A stretch of 64,000 nt of DNA, taken from NCBI GenBank assembly GCA_048013815.1, contig CM106585.1, positions 21,452,001 through 21,516,000 on the forward strand. Reading direction: 5' to 3'. The notes beneath the pieces are model-generated. The model searched no databases. It worked only from the letters and a program-made list of their open reading frames with translations, and was not told the DNA's origin. Within the stretch, counting starts at the first letter, position 1, and the number at the start of each line of letters is the position of its first letter. The position numbers and the translations under genes were made by a program. This DNA is from Setoptus koraiensis (lineage: Eukaryota > Animalia > Arthropoda). Positions 1-11,084 of the stretch are shown piece after piece.

Positions 1-906
1 TATGCAGGGATGTTATGGAGGGATATTGTGGGGGGATATTATGGAGGGATATTGTGGGGGGATATTATGAGAAAATGGCGCTTATTTCATGCTCATTCGG
101 CTGAGTGTGAGCAAAACGAGTCGGATTCTCACAGCGAAATTTTCATCTCTCATTTTTGGGCGCACTTTGTCGCCGTGAATGGCAACTTATCGCCACAATT
201 TTTGTTTTGTTTTACTGGCAGCGTAATGTCGCACAATGTAACACCCAACAAGTTATAAGTTTGTATGTGACATCATACAATCCCAAGACTGATCAATCTA
301 AGGCCAACATCTGGCAACGCCACCATGAACGCCTGTATGAATATGTCGACTATATTATCATAATTATAATAACGACTTTGGCATGCCCTAGCAACATGTC
401 ATTGCCAATGTACAGAGAATTTGGGATCTTGTGATCACGCTTGTGATGAAAAAAAGATAGTTAGATCAAATCGATAGCTGCAAATCGATTGGTTGGATAT
501 TTTTCAATATACTGCAATATACCGGTAGTGACAGACAGAGCCTGAGATAAGCCTTGCCGAGTAGCCGAGTAGCCGAGTTTGTTGCGAGCCAACAGCAAAC
601 AATGATCGCGCAATAAACTTGGCGAAAAATAAGAATAAAAATAAAATGCTGCCGCAATGCCTGACTGGCGTGCCGCTGACCTATAATTGCACACTGATTT
701 ATGATAACAATGATTAACGAAATCCGGCCTTGCCACTAATTATACATTATATCGGTGCGATTAATTTGAATTTCCTCTTTGTTTGCTGCCCGATCGAGCA
801 GGTGACCTCAATGTTGAGTCTGAAGAATCTGGCGACAATTTTCACTGCTGACGGTCGCCGCTCGCGGCCAGACCCGATGCTTCGCAGACATTGTGTGGGT
901 CGCTCG

Positions 907-983
907 GGCACTCGTTCGGGTCGCGCCGGCACTCGTTCGGGTCGCGCCGGCACTCGTTCGGGTCGGGCCGGCACTCGTTGGGC
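907..983. repeat. Tandem repeat, 21-bp unit (GGCACTCGTTCGGGTCGCGCC), about 3.6 copies
   Basis: Units read directly; they explain the repetitive peptides in overlapping ORFs 730..1071, 747..1328 and 893..1330. Confidence 0.85.
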
Positions 984-1810
984 TCGCGACCGGGCAGCGC
1001 GACCAGGCAAAGCCAAACCGGCACACAGAGCCTCTGTGGCAGAGGCGAATGGGCAGCGAAAAAGTGAATGATTCCTCGGGTGGATTCTTTTTGCGGCGCA
1101 TGCGCACTGCACACCGAAAGAAGCCACACTGGTGGCTGTTGTATTGGCAATGTATTGTTGGCGCTGTTGTTGTTGCCGCCGTTGTGCCAAAGTGCCAATG
1201 TGTTGGCCCGAAAGAAGCGTCTGTCGGCGCACATCGGCTGCCAGCGGCGTCGAACACGGCGAATTGGCTGGCGGAATTGGTGCGCGAATCGGGCCGGCAA
1301 ACGCCAGCGCAACGAGAGCGCCAGGCATAGAAAAAAGCGCAGAAAATATTGACGCGTGGCCACATTAAATGTTGCTGCTTGAGGGCAGCTTGTGCCGCTG
1401 TTTTGGGCACGAGGGCGCTCACCTGGCGTTCGCCAGCTGACATCTGGCCCGATGTTTGCGGGCGTCGCCGAAGCGTTGGAACGCGCTGGTTCGCGTTGAT
1501 GGCGTGATGCCAGCCCGCGAACGCCAGTTTGTGTGGTCATCATTCACGTTTCGAACACTGACCATTGAACAGTCGCCAGTCGGCAGTCAGCAATCGAAGC
1601 ATCAGCAAGCGACACCGCAACCAGCAAAACTGGCAAACTGCATCCAGCAAAAGCGAGTTTGACCACTCTCAGTTAGTTTCGACAAGCCTCCGAAAAGTCG
1701 ACAAGTTGCGTCAACACACCCGCTCAACATAGCCGCACATCGGTGAATCCCGAACGCTCGAAGCGAGCCCCAAACAACAACGAAATCAACAGAGTCTCGC
1801 CAGTTCAACA

Positions 1811-2952
1811 ATGACGGATATTTTGCCCACTAAGACCAATGTTGTGAGGCGCCAATCGGCGGCCTCGTGGATGCTCAAGCAGAACAAGTCGTATCAGAAG
1901 ATCAACAGGGAGTGGAGCGTGCACCACAGCGAGCTCAACTTCAACAGGGAGCTCCGTCGCGGACACCAGTACAGCATCCACGAGGGCCAATGGCACGGCG
2001 ACGTGTTCATCTACAAGCTCAATTTGGCACAGGCGCAGGCGCAGCACGCGGCTCGCGTCGGCCCCACTTCCGGTGCTCAATCTCGCCCGAGCTCAAGCTC
2101 AACAGCGAGCCCAATTCCAATCACGAGCTCAACCGCAAACTCACTCTCGAGCTCGATCACAAGCTCAATCACAAGCCCAATCACAAGCCCAAACTCAATC
2201 ACGAGCTCGATGGGATCGTCGTCCTGTCGCGGCTCAAACTCGACGGGATCGGCGTGCAACTGCGCCAACTGCTCGCCCGCGGCCAGCCCCGACAGCAAGC
2301 CGGGCGAGGTGTTCTCATTCAGAATGCAGCAGCAAGATGGCGACTACGACGACGACGTGTTTGTCGCCAGCGCAGGGCCCGCGTCTCCCAGCGGCCATCT
2401 CGACAGTGACAGCGACCGAGCCGTGCCAGCGCCAGCGCCACACGCAATGACGGCCAGTGGCGACAAGTCGCCCGCGACCAAGTTGCACAATCGGACAAGC
2501 CAATTGGATTCGGCATACTCGTCGCTCAGTTCGCTTGACCAGTGCCCGTCGCCCATCTGCTGTCGCCAGCAACAACAGCGACAAAGACAACAGCTCCTGT
2601 GCGACACAACAGCGACAGTGGCCACGACAGGTGTGCCCCTGTTGAGCCGCGCCGGCAGCCACTTGCAGTCTGTGGTCGGCTTCGAGGGCGCCTTCAACGT
2701 GGTCACCGGACAGCGGCGCAAACAGGAAACGAGCGCGCAACAGGTAGAGGAGACGGTGAAATTCTACGAGCACTTGGTCAAATTGTGCTCCGTGGCGCAT
2801 GAAAATTTTGTCCTGTTCATGGGCGCCTCGCTCGACCTGCGCAACCTCGACTGCTCCATAATAATGGGCAAGTGCAACGGACCGACCCTCTACCAGTGTT
2901 TGCATCAGCCCGAGGCCGACGGGCAGCCGCAGGACCGGCCCTTCAGATCGAG
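1811..2952 (+). CDS. ksr: KSR-like (Raf family) pseudokinase, coding exon 1 of join(1811..2952,4992..5312,5494..5959), 642 aa
   Basis: EWSVHHSEL, GQWHGDV, HENFVLFMGA and CNGPTLY match KSR subdomains I-V (fly KSR EWDIPYGDL, WHGDV, HENLVLFMGA). Donor AG|GTGAGT at 2952/2953, phase 2. Upstream exons cannot be excluded. Confidence 0.85.
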
Positions 2953-4854
2953 GTGAGTACGCTAGCCAACGCTATTCTCTTGCTATTCGCTCACATTACT
3001 CAACAATCTCTTACGCAATGATCGCGCTCGCAATCAATTGTCGACCGCTCGGGTATTTGCAATCGACCGCAACCGGTCGGCGCGCTTCTAGCTCGTCTAG
3101 CCGCCCTGTCCAGCCGCTCTGTCCAGCCGCTCTGTCCAGCCGAGCGACCGACAAGCTCTGGTGGTCGGCGCAAGACGCGGGCCGGATCTGGGTGCGTTTG
3201 CCGCCGCTTGCGACTGTTAGTTAGTGACGAGCCGGCCGACATTGTGGGGGCGGTTCGGGCGAGCGCCGAATCGCTCGCCGCTTATCGCCCGAATCGCTCG
3301 CCCGGCGGCTTCGTCGTCGCGGACAGTGGAACGCGAGCCCGACAGGGCCGCTCTTCGGACACGGACAGCAGTGATTTGGCCTCGCGGAGGCTGGTGCACG
3401 GACTCGGTGGCAGACAGGCCGAAAGTGGAGCAAACGCGAGCCCGAGCCACCATCTGTCGCTGAGCCGCGCCGACTCATCGCGGGCCAATGCTCGTTGAGC
3501 CGCTGACCACTCGCTGACCATTGGCCTCAGCGGCGGCGGCCATCAGTGGCGATAATGGCCCTAGGTAATAGTGCGCCGGTCATCATAATGATAACAGTCA
3601 GTGGCTGCCATTCAGCCGCCCGCTGCCGCCAGTCAGTAGGTGAATTGGGCACGCGTTTGCCAGCAGCAACATCTGCTTGTTGGCGCACGTCGGCCACGAG
3701 CGGCCCGGCGGCGGCGCGCCGCGCCGCACGACGCTATTCTGGTCGCCGTGGCGAGCACGAGCGCCGATCCGGCCCGCAGAGCCGGCGAACAGAAGGGCAG
3801 CCCGAAAAGAATGGCTTCGATCGGGACTGGAATGGGCTCGTTCGGGCCGTCGCAGTTGCACCGTAAGTGTCCGTTGGTGCGGCCGGTGTGCGCCATAAGG
3901 GCACGCAAGGCGAGAATTCTTTTCATCGTCGTCATTATGTGGCAGCGCCATTGTAGCAGCGGCGGCGGCGGCAATTGTTCCTCGACCGCTTCGAAATTCC
4001 TTCGTCGGCGGCTTCTTGCCCTTACCTGGCCTCGGCTGGCCCTAGACTGGCCTCAGCCAGCGGCCAGCGGCCAGCAACAACAGCAACAACGACAACAACA
4101 ACAACAACTGCAGCGACAACTGTCCACTGCGCTCTTTACGCCCACTACCTCTGGCCACCGCTGGCCAGCAGTGCTCGCGCTGCCACGCTGCTGGCCAGCG
4201 GTGGCCAGAGCACTGACCACTGGTCAAGGCCGAGTGTTTGTATGCAGAGGCTGCTGGCATATGCTGCGTCTTGCGCTTGGTCTTATGCTCAGTGCACGCG
4301 TTGCAAGACGCCACTCGTGCAAGCCGCGACAGATGCAAGCAAGAGTTGCCGCCGCCAGCCCTTTCAGCTGCCCGGTCGGCAATTGTTGTTACCTGTGCGC
4401 AGAAGAATGCAGCTAAAAAAGAAGCGGCCAAAGAACGAGAAGCCCAACGGAGCGAATCGGTGCCGCTGCTGCCAACTGTTGCTGCTTGAACCGACGGCAC
4501 GTGCTGCCGGTGTTGGACAGTGTTCGAATACGACAGCTGTGCCCTCGACAGCGTCGTTCGCCAGCTACCTGTGGCACATACACTGTGCCTGCATATGTGT
4601 GTGTAACACGCGCTTGTAGCACGTAGCACGTGCCACCGTGCCACTGTGATTGTTGGCCGCCAGACGCGGCCATTATCACTGGCTGTGATAATGGCGATGC
4701 TGGCCTAAACAATTGGGCCGCCGCTCACCTGGCCGATTGGTCTGGCGATTCGGGCGCTCAGCTCGACAGCAACAGCTGAGCGCGGCGAGACACACCCCGA
4801 ACGGCCCGCACGGCCCGCTGCCGCGCTCGCCCGGCCGGCCGGCAAACTGGCCGA

Positions 4855-4955
4855 CTAAAAAGTGACCGACAAAAAAGTGACCGACAAAAAAGTGACCGGC
4901 AAACTGACCAACTAACAAACCAACTAACGAACCAACTAACAAACCAACTAACGAA
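4855..4955. repeat. Short tandem repeats in ksr intron 1 (AAAAAGTGACCGAC x3; AACCAACTAAC-type units)
   Basis: Read directly. Confidence 0.75.
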
Positions 4956-4991
4956 GCATGTTGCCATCCCGTTACAATTGTGTCACGACAG

Positions 4992-5312
4992 GTATCACTC
5001 GATGGACGCCAACAACAAGAGAAACATCGCGCACCAGATTGCGCTAGGCATGGCCTATTTGCACGGCAAGCAAATGGTGCACGGCAAACTGAGCTCGGTG
5101 AACATCATACTCGATTACAGGGTCAAGATTTGTCTCATGGACCACGGAGTGGCGCAAACGAGCGACCAGCGGCCCGGCTACGCGACGCTCAACAGGGGCC
5201 AGCTCACCTACCTGAGTCCGGAGTTGATACGCTCGCTGTATGTGGAGCCGCTGTGCGTGGGCCCGCCGTCGCTGGCGGCCCCCACCAAGCAGGCTGACGT
5301 CTACGCTTTCGG
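4992..5312 (+). CDS. ksr: KSR-like pseudokinase, coding exon 2
   Basis: Acceptor GACAG| at 4991 restores R-YHSMD in frame; IAHQIALGMAYLH, YLSPELIRSL and ADVYAFG motifs; donor GG|GTAAGT at 5312/5313. Confidence 0.88.
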
Positions 5313-5493
5313 GTAAGTCTCCCCCTTGTGTATCCCGTGCCCTTGTATATCCCGTGCCGGCGTACGTCCCGGGCCGGTAACTATCCCGTGCGGGCATGTT
5401 TCGTATGCGGGCACTGTAATGTTAATGTTGGTTACCAGCAGCAGCAACAGCTCTAACGACCATTCTTTTGTTTATCCAACTATGATCTAACAG

Positions 5494-5959
5494 GACCCTG
5501 CTGTACGAACTGTTCAGCGAACAATTCCCGTATAGGGGCGCCACTTGTGACGAAATTATCTGGCGCTCGGGCTCGGGCATTCAGGACCAAATGAGCGATT
5601 GCCCAGAACTGGCCCGCGACCAGCGCATGCGGCAAGTGATTCTCGACTGCTGGTGCTTCGACGCCCATCAGCGAGCCACATTCAGTGAGATTGCACTAGA
5701 TATTTTAAATGTAAACACCAGCCCAAGCGACAATTGTGACAGTTATGCAATGGATTATGTGAGCCCACGTGTGAGCAGCAGCAGCAGCCCGGCTTCTCCG
5801 TCGGCATTGTGGGGCGAAATCGGTTCGTGGACGCCGGTGAGCCACAAGCAGCAATCGATGACGGCGCAGTTGCAGCACTTCAACAATATCCGAATAATGA
5901 AAAAGCAAAAGAATCACCTGTCCACCCGGCTGTTCTCGAGCAAAGAGTCCATGTTTTAG
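5494..5959 (+). CDS. ksr: KSR-like pseudokinase, coding exon 3
   Basis: Acceptor CTAACAG| at 5493; G-TLLYELFSEQFPY, IIWRSGSG, LDCWCFDAHQRATF (subdomains IX-XI); stop TAG at 5957-5959. Exon phases sum to 643 codons. Confidence 0.88.
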
Positions 5960-6737
5960 TTTTTGCATGTGAATTATCCCCTATTACACATTATTAACAA
6001 AGTTGATATTTCTGTTGTCATCGACACACTTTATTGTACAAGCACCCTGTTAACATGTTTATAAACTCGTGATTAAATTAATATTTTTTACCCCAACAAT
6101 CTTTTTTACCCAGCTCGTGTCCACAATCGATCGCCCGGCGAGTCAACTATGTGCGCGCAACTGTCAGTGAGCGTTCAATCTGTCATATCTCTAGAATCTT
6201 GCTCTGTGATGAGATCGCTTCTCGACTTGAGTCAGCCAGTCGAGTTGACAACTGTAATCAGCGATCTGTCTGTGGATCGAAACCAACAATTAACAGCAAT
6301 TATACATCAGTCATTACATTATACATGAGTAGTGTGCACAATTACATTTTGACACAGCCTCAGCGACCGCAGCCAACAATGACAAACAAAATTTTCCATT
6401 GCAATCGCTCCAAACAAACCCCATCAACTCTGTCGGTGATGTATCTGATGTGTATTCATGAATAGAATCACCTATAGGGCTCATGATACTTGAACGTAAC
6501 GGTTCTCGAGACACTAGCTGCTTTTCGTCGATCACAGCCAGTGAAATTAGCACAAACGCACACACATACATCAAATCAAATCAAAGCAAATCAAATCAAA
6601 GCAAATCAAATCAAAGCAAATTGTTACACTTAATCGACGCTACACCATATGGTTCGGCTACACGATTAGGTGACACATACATGTGCCTACATTTACACAC
6701 ATACGTGAGCTACTCAACAGGCTAATGGAATATTTTC

Positions 6738-6797
6738 ATTATTTGTACTTCACGGGGATCAACCTAATCACTTGATGATCGTGAAGTAACTGATTGT
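6738..6797 (+). ncRNA. Candidate pre-miRNA, miR-305-like
   Basis: Hairpin TACTTCACGGGGATCAA / TTGATGATCGTGAAGTA (15 of 17 pairs, incl. one G-U). 5p nt 2-11 (TTGTACTTCA, 6743-6752) equal miR-305-5p nt 2-11 as recalled; the 3p arm TGAAGTAACTGA resembles miR-305-3p TGAAGTACACTCA. The 3' half of the mature is divergent. Confidence 0.5.
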
Positions 6798-6802
6798 TAA
6801 TT

Positions 6803-6863
6803 GGTTAAATGATGTAGTTGCAGTAATTATCTGCTGCTTTATTGCAACTGCTTTCAAACTGCC
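6803..6863 (+). ncRNA. Candidate pre-miRNA-like hairpin, no family recognised
   Basis: 13-bp uninterrupted stem GTAGTTGCAGTAA / TTATTGCAACTGC (two G-U) with a 12-nt loop and outer pairing, immediately after the miR-305-like hairpin. Confidence 0.3.
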
Positions 6864-9800
6864 TAGTCGTGTGAGCAAACAAACAAACAAATAATCAACA
6901 AATGGCGACCCACAACTGTCTGCCGCAGTGCTGTTGCCTTCTCAATATTCTCAATTTTCTTTTCTCATTTCCTCACCAATTCGTCTGACAAATTGCCAGA
7001 CCGATCGACGTGAGTCCCAGGCGATACATTTAATGCGATACGTCCTAGGATGCAGCAGCCACTGAAACGCATCTCCAAATCTACAATTGTCGGCGCAAAG
7101 TGCTCGTGACACCACTCTCGGTCGCAACAAGGTCCGCGGGTGCCGTTCTAGGTATAGCCTATACCGTATAGGCGCCTGATTGATGGCCCAATTATGACAA
7201 GGAGCTACCGGCTATTTGAAATTCGGGCTGATCTGTTCCGAAGAAGCCAAAGAGATTGCTCTCCTACTGACTTGGCTCCCTCGCAACGATCGTTCTGTTG
7301 AGAGAGATCAAATCGAACCAAATAACCAGCGAAAAAGATTTGACAATTCCGACTGAAAGGAGCCCAATCCCTGGAACCGAGATAGGGGTCCGATTTCATT
7401 GGAATTTGTAGTTCATTTTATGAGTTTGGGCATCACAGGACCATAAGGCAATCGGAAGCTGCATCTTGCAAGGTTGTTAGACGGACCAACTTTCAGACGA
7501 AACAACTCAACGAAATGAGTGTTGTGATGCAACCCAGTGCGAGGCTAATCTGGGCACTTTCAATCCGAAGAAATATCTGTGACCGACATGTACATATAGA
7601 TCTAGGCGACAAGAGAACATCCTGTCACAGCCACTCACAAACTGGCCATTGTGATCGTGACCGGACATGAGAAACATACAGCCGGAAATCGTGTCTCATA
7701 CTTTTGGCGCTCGTGTCATCCGACACGAATGCATCTTAAATGGCGACATCGAGTGATTGTTGATGATCTGGCAAGCTACGGCTGGAGAGGAGCATGATTG
7801 GCAAGCGCATAGGTGTCGCTATACTACATTCTGTACATTGAGGGAGTGGTGGCGAGAACGTGTTATCATGAGACGGCGCTTGAGCAAAGCTCGTAATCAA
7901 ATAGTATGCACTGGCTAGGGAAAACACACGCTGGAATAAATAATCATCTGAGTTTCCAATTGATCGCTCTTCGTCTATCTAATCAGTTTGTTAGTTGAGC
8001 GAGCGATTTTATCATTATTATTATTATTATTATTATTTGTTTTATCTGCTCAGCCATCAATTGATCGCTTGAATATCAATGTTCATCGTTTGAATAGTAA
8101 ATGCAGCATTATATGCAACATGACAATGTGTCATCAGCATGACACACGGAAGCTGTAGAGCAAAATGAGCCCTCCTGCCACGAGATAGATAGAGATGAGT
8201 TGCTTCGAGAACAACAACATGCTTCTGGGCCGCATTCTAGACTATTCCCAATGAGACTATCCGTGCCGGCGCAAAATCGGGCACATCGCTGAGACCGACA
8301 AGACAGTTGGGTATTCTCTAGACTGTCTAGACTAGACACGAATGCAGGGGTGTACGAGTCGCAATAGAAATTCTAGAAACAAAGTTGTAAAATAAGACAG
8401 CCAGAATATAAATATAAATATTTATGCACTGTGAATACAATTGATTTGATTTTTGTTGTGTGCCGAGTTGTGAAATGGTAGTTGAGCTACAATTTCACTG
8501 ACAGTCGGTTGATGTCGTCATATTCTTTACTCGTTACTATCTTTACTTGTTGTTGTTTGTATTGAGAGTCAATACTCATAGAATTTCAGCCATTTTTGTT
8601 TCTTTTCCGCTGTTGCGAAGATCATAATATTGACTCGGCATGACGACAATATCATCATTATGTCATGTATCATTATTGGAGGGCATGATACATGAGCCAT
8701 GACATTGAAATCTCAATATATCGTATTATACATTGTATTATATTTAAGCTCTGACAGCTCCATGATGATCAGCAATACGAGTAGTGTGTTCTCTCGATTG
8801 CCAATGGCCAGCTAGTTCCGCCTAAATGTGGACTAGCGACATGATGATAGATGTGTGATTATCGAAGAATGAAGATTATGAGCACTTTGGTTCCACTTTT
8901 GAGCCACCATTTCAATGATTGTTGAGCCGCGATCTCAACGATTGATTCGCTGTTGTTAATAATAGAATTAGATAATCACAACTCGGCAGAGAACCAACAG
9001 ATAACACGAATGAGACATTGACCTGGCAAAGCAAATAAACACAAGCTCGCTTGCCAAACGTAATCTGTTTGCTTGCCATCTAGAGCCAAATTGCGAGCAA
9101 ATTTGGTAATGAAATTGCGGCAACAGTAAACAACAACATAATAATGATGAATCATGATCTAGCAGGCTGGCCCTGACTAAATCGGAAGGTGCATGTGTCA
9201 AGACAATAGGCTACACTTGTGTCACAATCTCTATATCTTCGTCATGTTTGTGGAAACTCTTCGGCAGCGGGCGACTGGCAATGAATAAAGCGACAGTGCA
9301 ATATGAAAAAAAAATACGTAGGTGTCCTATTTTTTGGTTGCAAAATGTAATGTATTTGGCAAAATCGACCTACTCTCGTGCAAGCCAACACATAGCAAAC
9401 GAGGCGACAGGTGAAGTCGTTCGCTCTGCCAAGAGAGATAAAGAGATCCATTCAACAAGTGGATAATTGTGATACACAGGTAAAGATGCAACTTGTGAGT
9501 TTGGTTCACTAATTACTCATTAGTAATTAGAGAAACTGTCACAAGTATTATCCATGACTAGTCACGCTGGCGGTGGACTATCCACACAAGCACGCAGAGA
9601 GCACAAGCAACGGTGCGTTCTGAGTGCCCATCTTCCACAAAACCACTACTGAGCTAACTACCACACCCGACAGGGCGACGCTGCTGTGCTTTCTACATGC
9701 AGCGCAAGCACATCGGCTTTCGAGCGGGCAACAGAATCAATAAAAGAAAATATTTGAATGAAACAGTCTGCCCTCGGCTGCGCATTCTTTGAGCGATGCC

Positions 9801-9992
9801 ACTGCCTCTGGCGGGCCTTTCCGAACAAGGTGGCCGGGCACTGGAAAATGCGCACTGAATTCATCGGCGTGCATTGGGCACAAGTCAACAGCATTTACCT
9901 CGGTCCCTCCGGCCAACATTAATTAATTAATTAATTGAAAACCAATACTACATATATACTAATACCTATTATCCACAAGTTGAATAGAGACC

Positions 9993-10712
9993 ATGGAAAT
10001 GTTATCGGATCAGGGTCTGAGGTTCGATGGAAGGCGCGGGCACGAACTAAGGAAAATGCACTGCAAGCTGGCTGTCCTGGAACAAGCTGACGGATCGGCT
10101 TATCTTGAAATGGGCAATACAAATGTTCTCGCGGCCATCTATGGACCCCATGAAATGTCGCGCAAGAACAGAGGCTCGGCATCTCACGAGCGGGCCCTGA
10201 TAAACTGTCAATACAGTCAGGCAACGTTTAGCACATTTGAGAGGAAAAAGAAACCAAAAACAAGCCTGAGGAGCATTGAGATCACTAACAACATTCGCGA
10301 GATATTTGAAAATGTTATACTGACACATTTATTTCCCAATTCACAAATAGATATATTCCTTGAGGTGCTACAATCGGACGGCAGCAACTTAAGTGCCTGT
10401 GTCAATGCCGCAACATTGGCCATTATACACGCCGGTATTCCAATAAAAGATTTTGCAATATCGTGCTCGGCCTCACTCATAGATGACACCCCCATAGTTG
10501 ACATAAGTCATTTCGAGGAAGCGTCCGCCTCTCTGCCAATCATGACAATATCACTGCTAGCAAAATCAAAACAAATAGTCTCTATGGAATCAAGCGGCAA
10601 AATAGCTCTCGATTCTATTGAGAAACTTGTAGACAGTGCAGTGTCGGGCTGCGAGGAAATACATCAAATTTGCAAATCCATTGTTCTCAAGCACATTTCC
10701 GATGCTCAATAG
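9993..10712 (+). CDS. EXOSC4: Exosome complex component RRP41 (RNase PH family), intronless, 239 aa
   Basis: DQGLRFDGRRGHELRKM, ADGSAYLEMGNT, AAIYGPHE, QYSQATFSTFERK, FPNSQIDIFLEVLQSDGS motifs. Confidence 0.96.
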   Translation: MEMLSDQGLRFDGRRGHELRKMHCKLAVLEQADGSAYLEMGNTNVLAAIYGPHEMSRKNRGSASHERALINCQYSQATFSTFERKKKPKTSLRSIEITNNIREIFENVILTHLFPNSQIDIFLEVLQSDGSNLSACVNAATLAIIHAGIPIKDFAISCSASLIDDTPIVDISHFEEASASLPIMTISLLAKSKQIVSMESSGKIALDSIEKLVDSAVSGCEEIHQICKSIVLKHISDAQ

Positions 10713-10872
10713 ATTTTTGTTTGTGCATATAGAATAGTAATAATAATACAAATTAAAAAAAAAATTAACAATCGACGACTTCTAGATTCCATTCCGATTC
10801 GTCTCTTCATTCTTGACTGTACATGTACTAACAAGAATTCAACCAAAAAAACTGAGATTTAACCCGTTTAAC

Positions 10873-11028
10873 TTTCGCGCCACGCAGCTCGTGTTTCTTT
10901 TGTGTCCCGCACCCGCGCATATATCGTAGATTTGTACGATTATCAGAGAGCACCCAACAATTAGATTGACCGACAAATCGACGGATATATTTGGCTAATT
11001 GTATAGATATCGTACATATATATCGATA
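10873..11028 (+). promoter_or_regulatory. E2F-type site (TTTCGCGCC, 10873-10881) and DRE (TATCGATA, 11021-11028) upstream of CBL
   Basis: Exact consensus matches in the short RRP41-CBL intergenic region; function not shown. Confidence 0.3.
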
Positions 11029-11084
11029 TATCGTGGCTGACTGTCATCATTGTATTTTACATCAGCTGTTTAGAAAAAACACCC

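Noticed and set aside
730-1811. Overlapping ORFs upstream of ksr, including MRTAHRKKPHWWLLYWQCIVGAVVVAAV...
   Set aside because: Driven by GC richness and a 21-bp repeat; the hydrophobic stretch has no family match or splice support.
2953-4991. Many 70-260 aa ORFs on both strands
   Set aside because: They lie inside the ksr intron defined by in-frame GT-AG junctions and are low-complexity.
6214-6224. ATCGCTTCTCG, identical to the U2 snRNA 5' end
   Set aside because: The match stops after 11 nt; no branch-pairing or Sm site follows.
7430-7900. Further miR-2/miR-87 seed-like matches (7431, 7625, 7880)
   Set aside because: The seed falls in a loop or at the stem base, or the hairpin is too short; expected by chance.
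9658-9919. Minus-strand ORFs upstream of RRP41 (LTCAQC...; MLAGGTE with a donor-like site)
   Set aside because: No recognisable family, and too close to the RRP41 start for a clear divergent gene.
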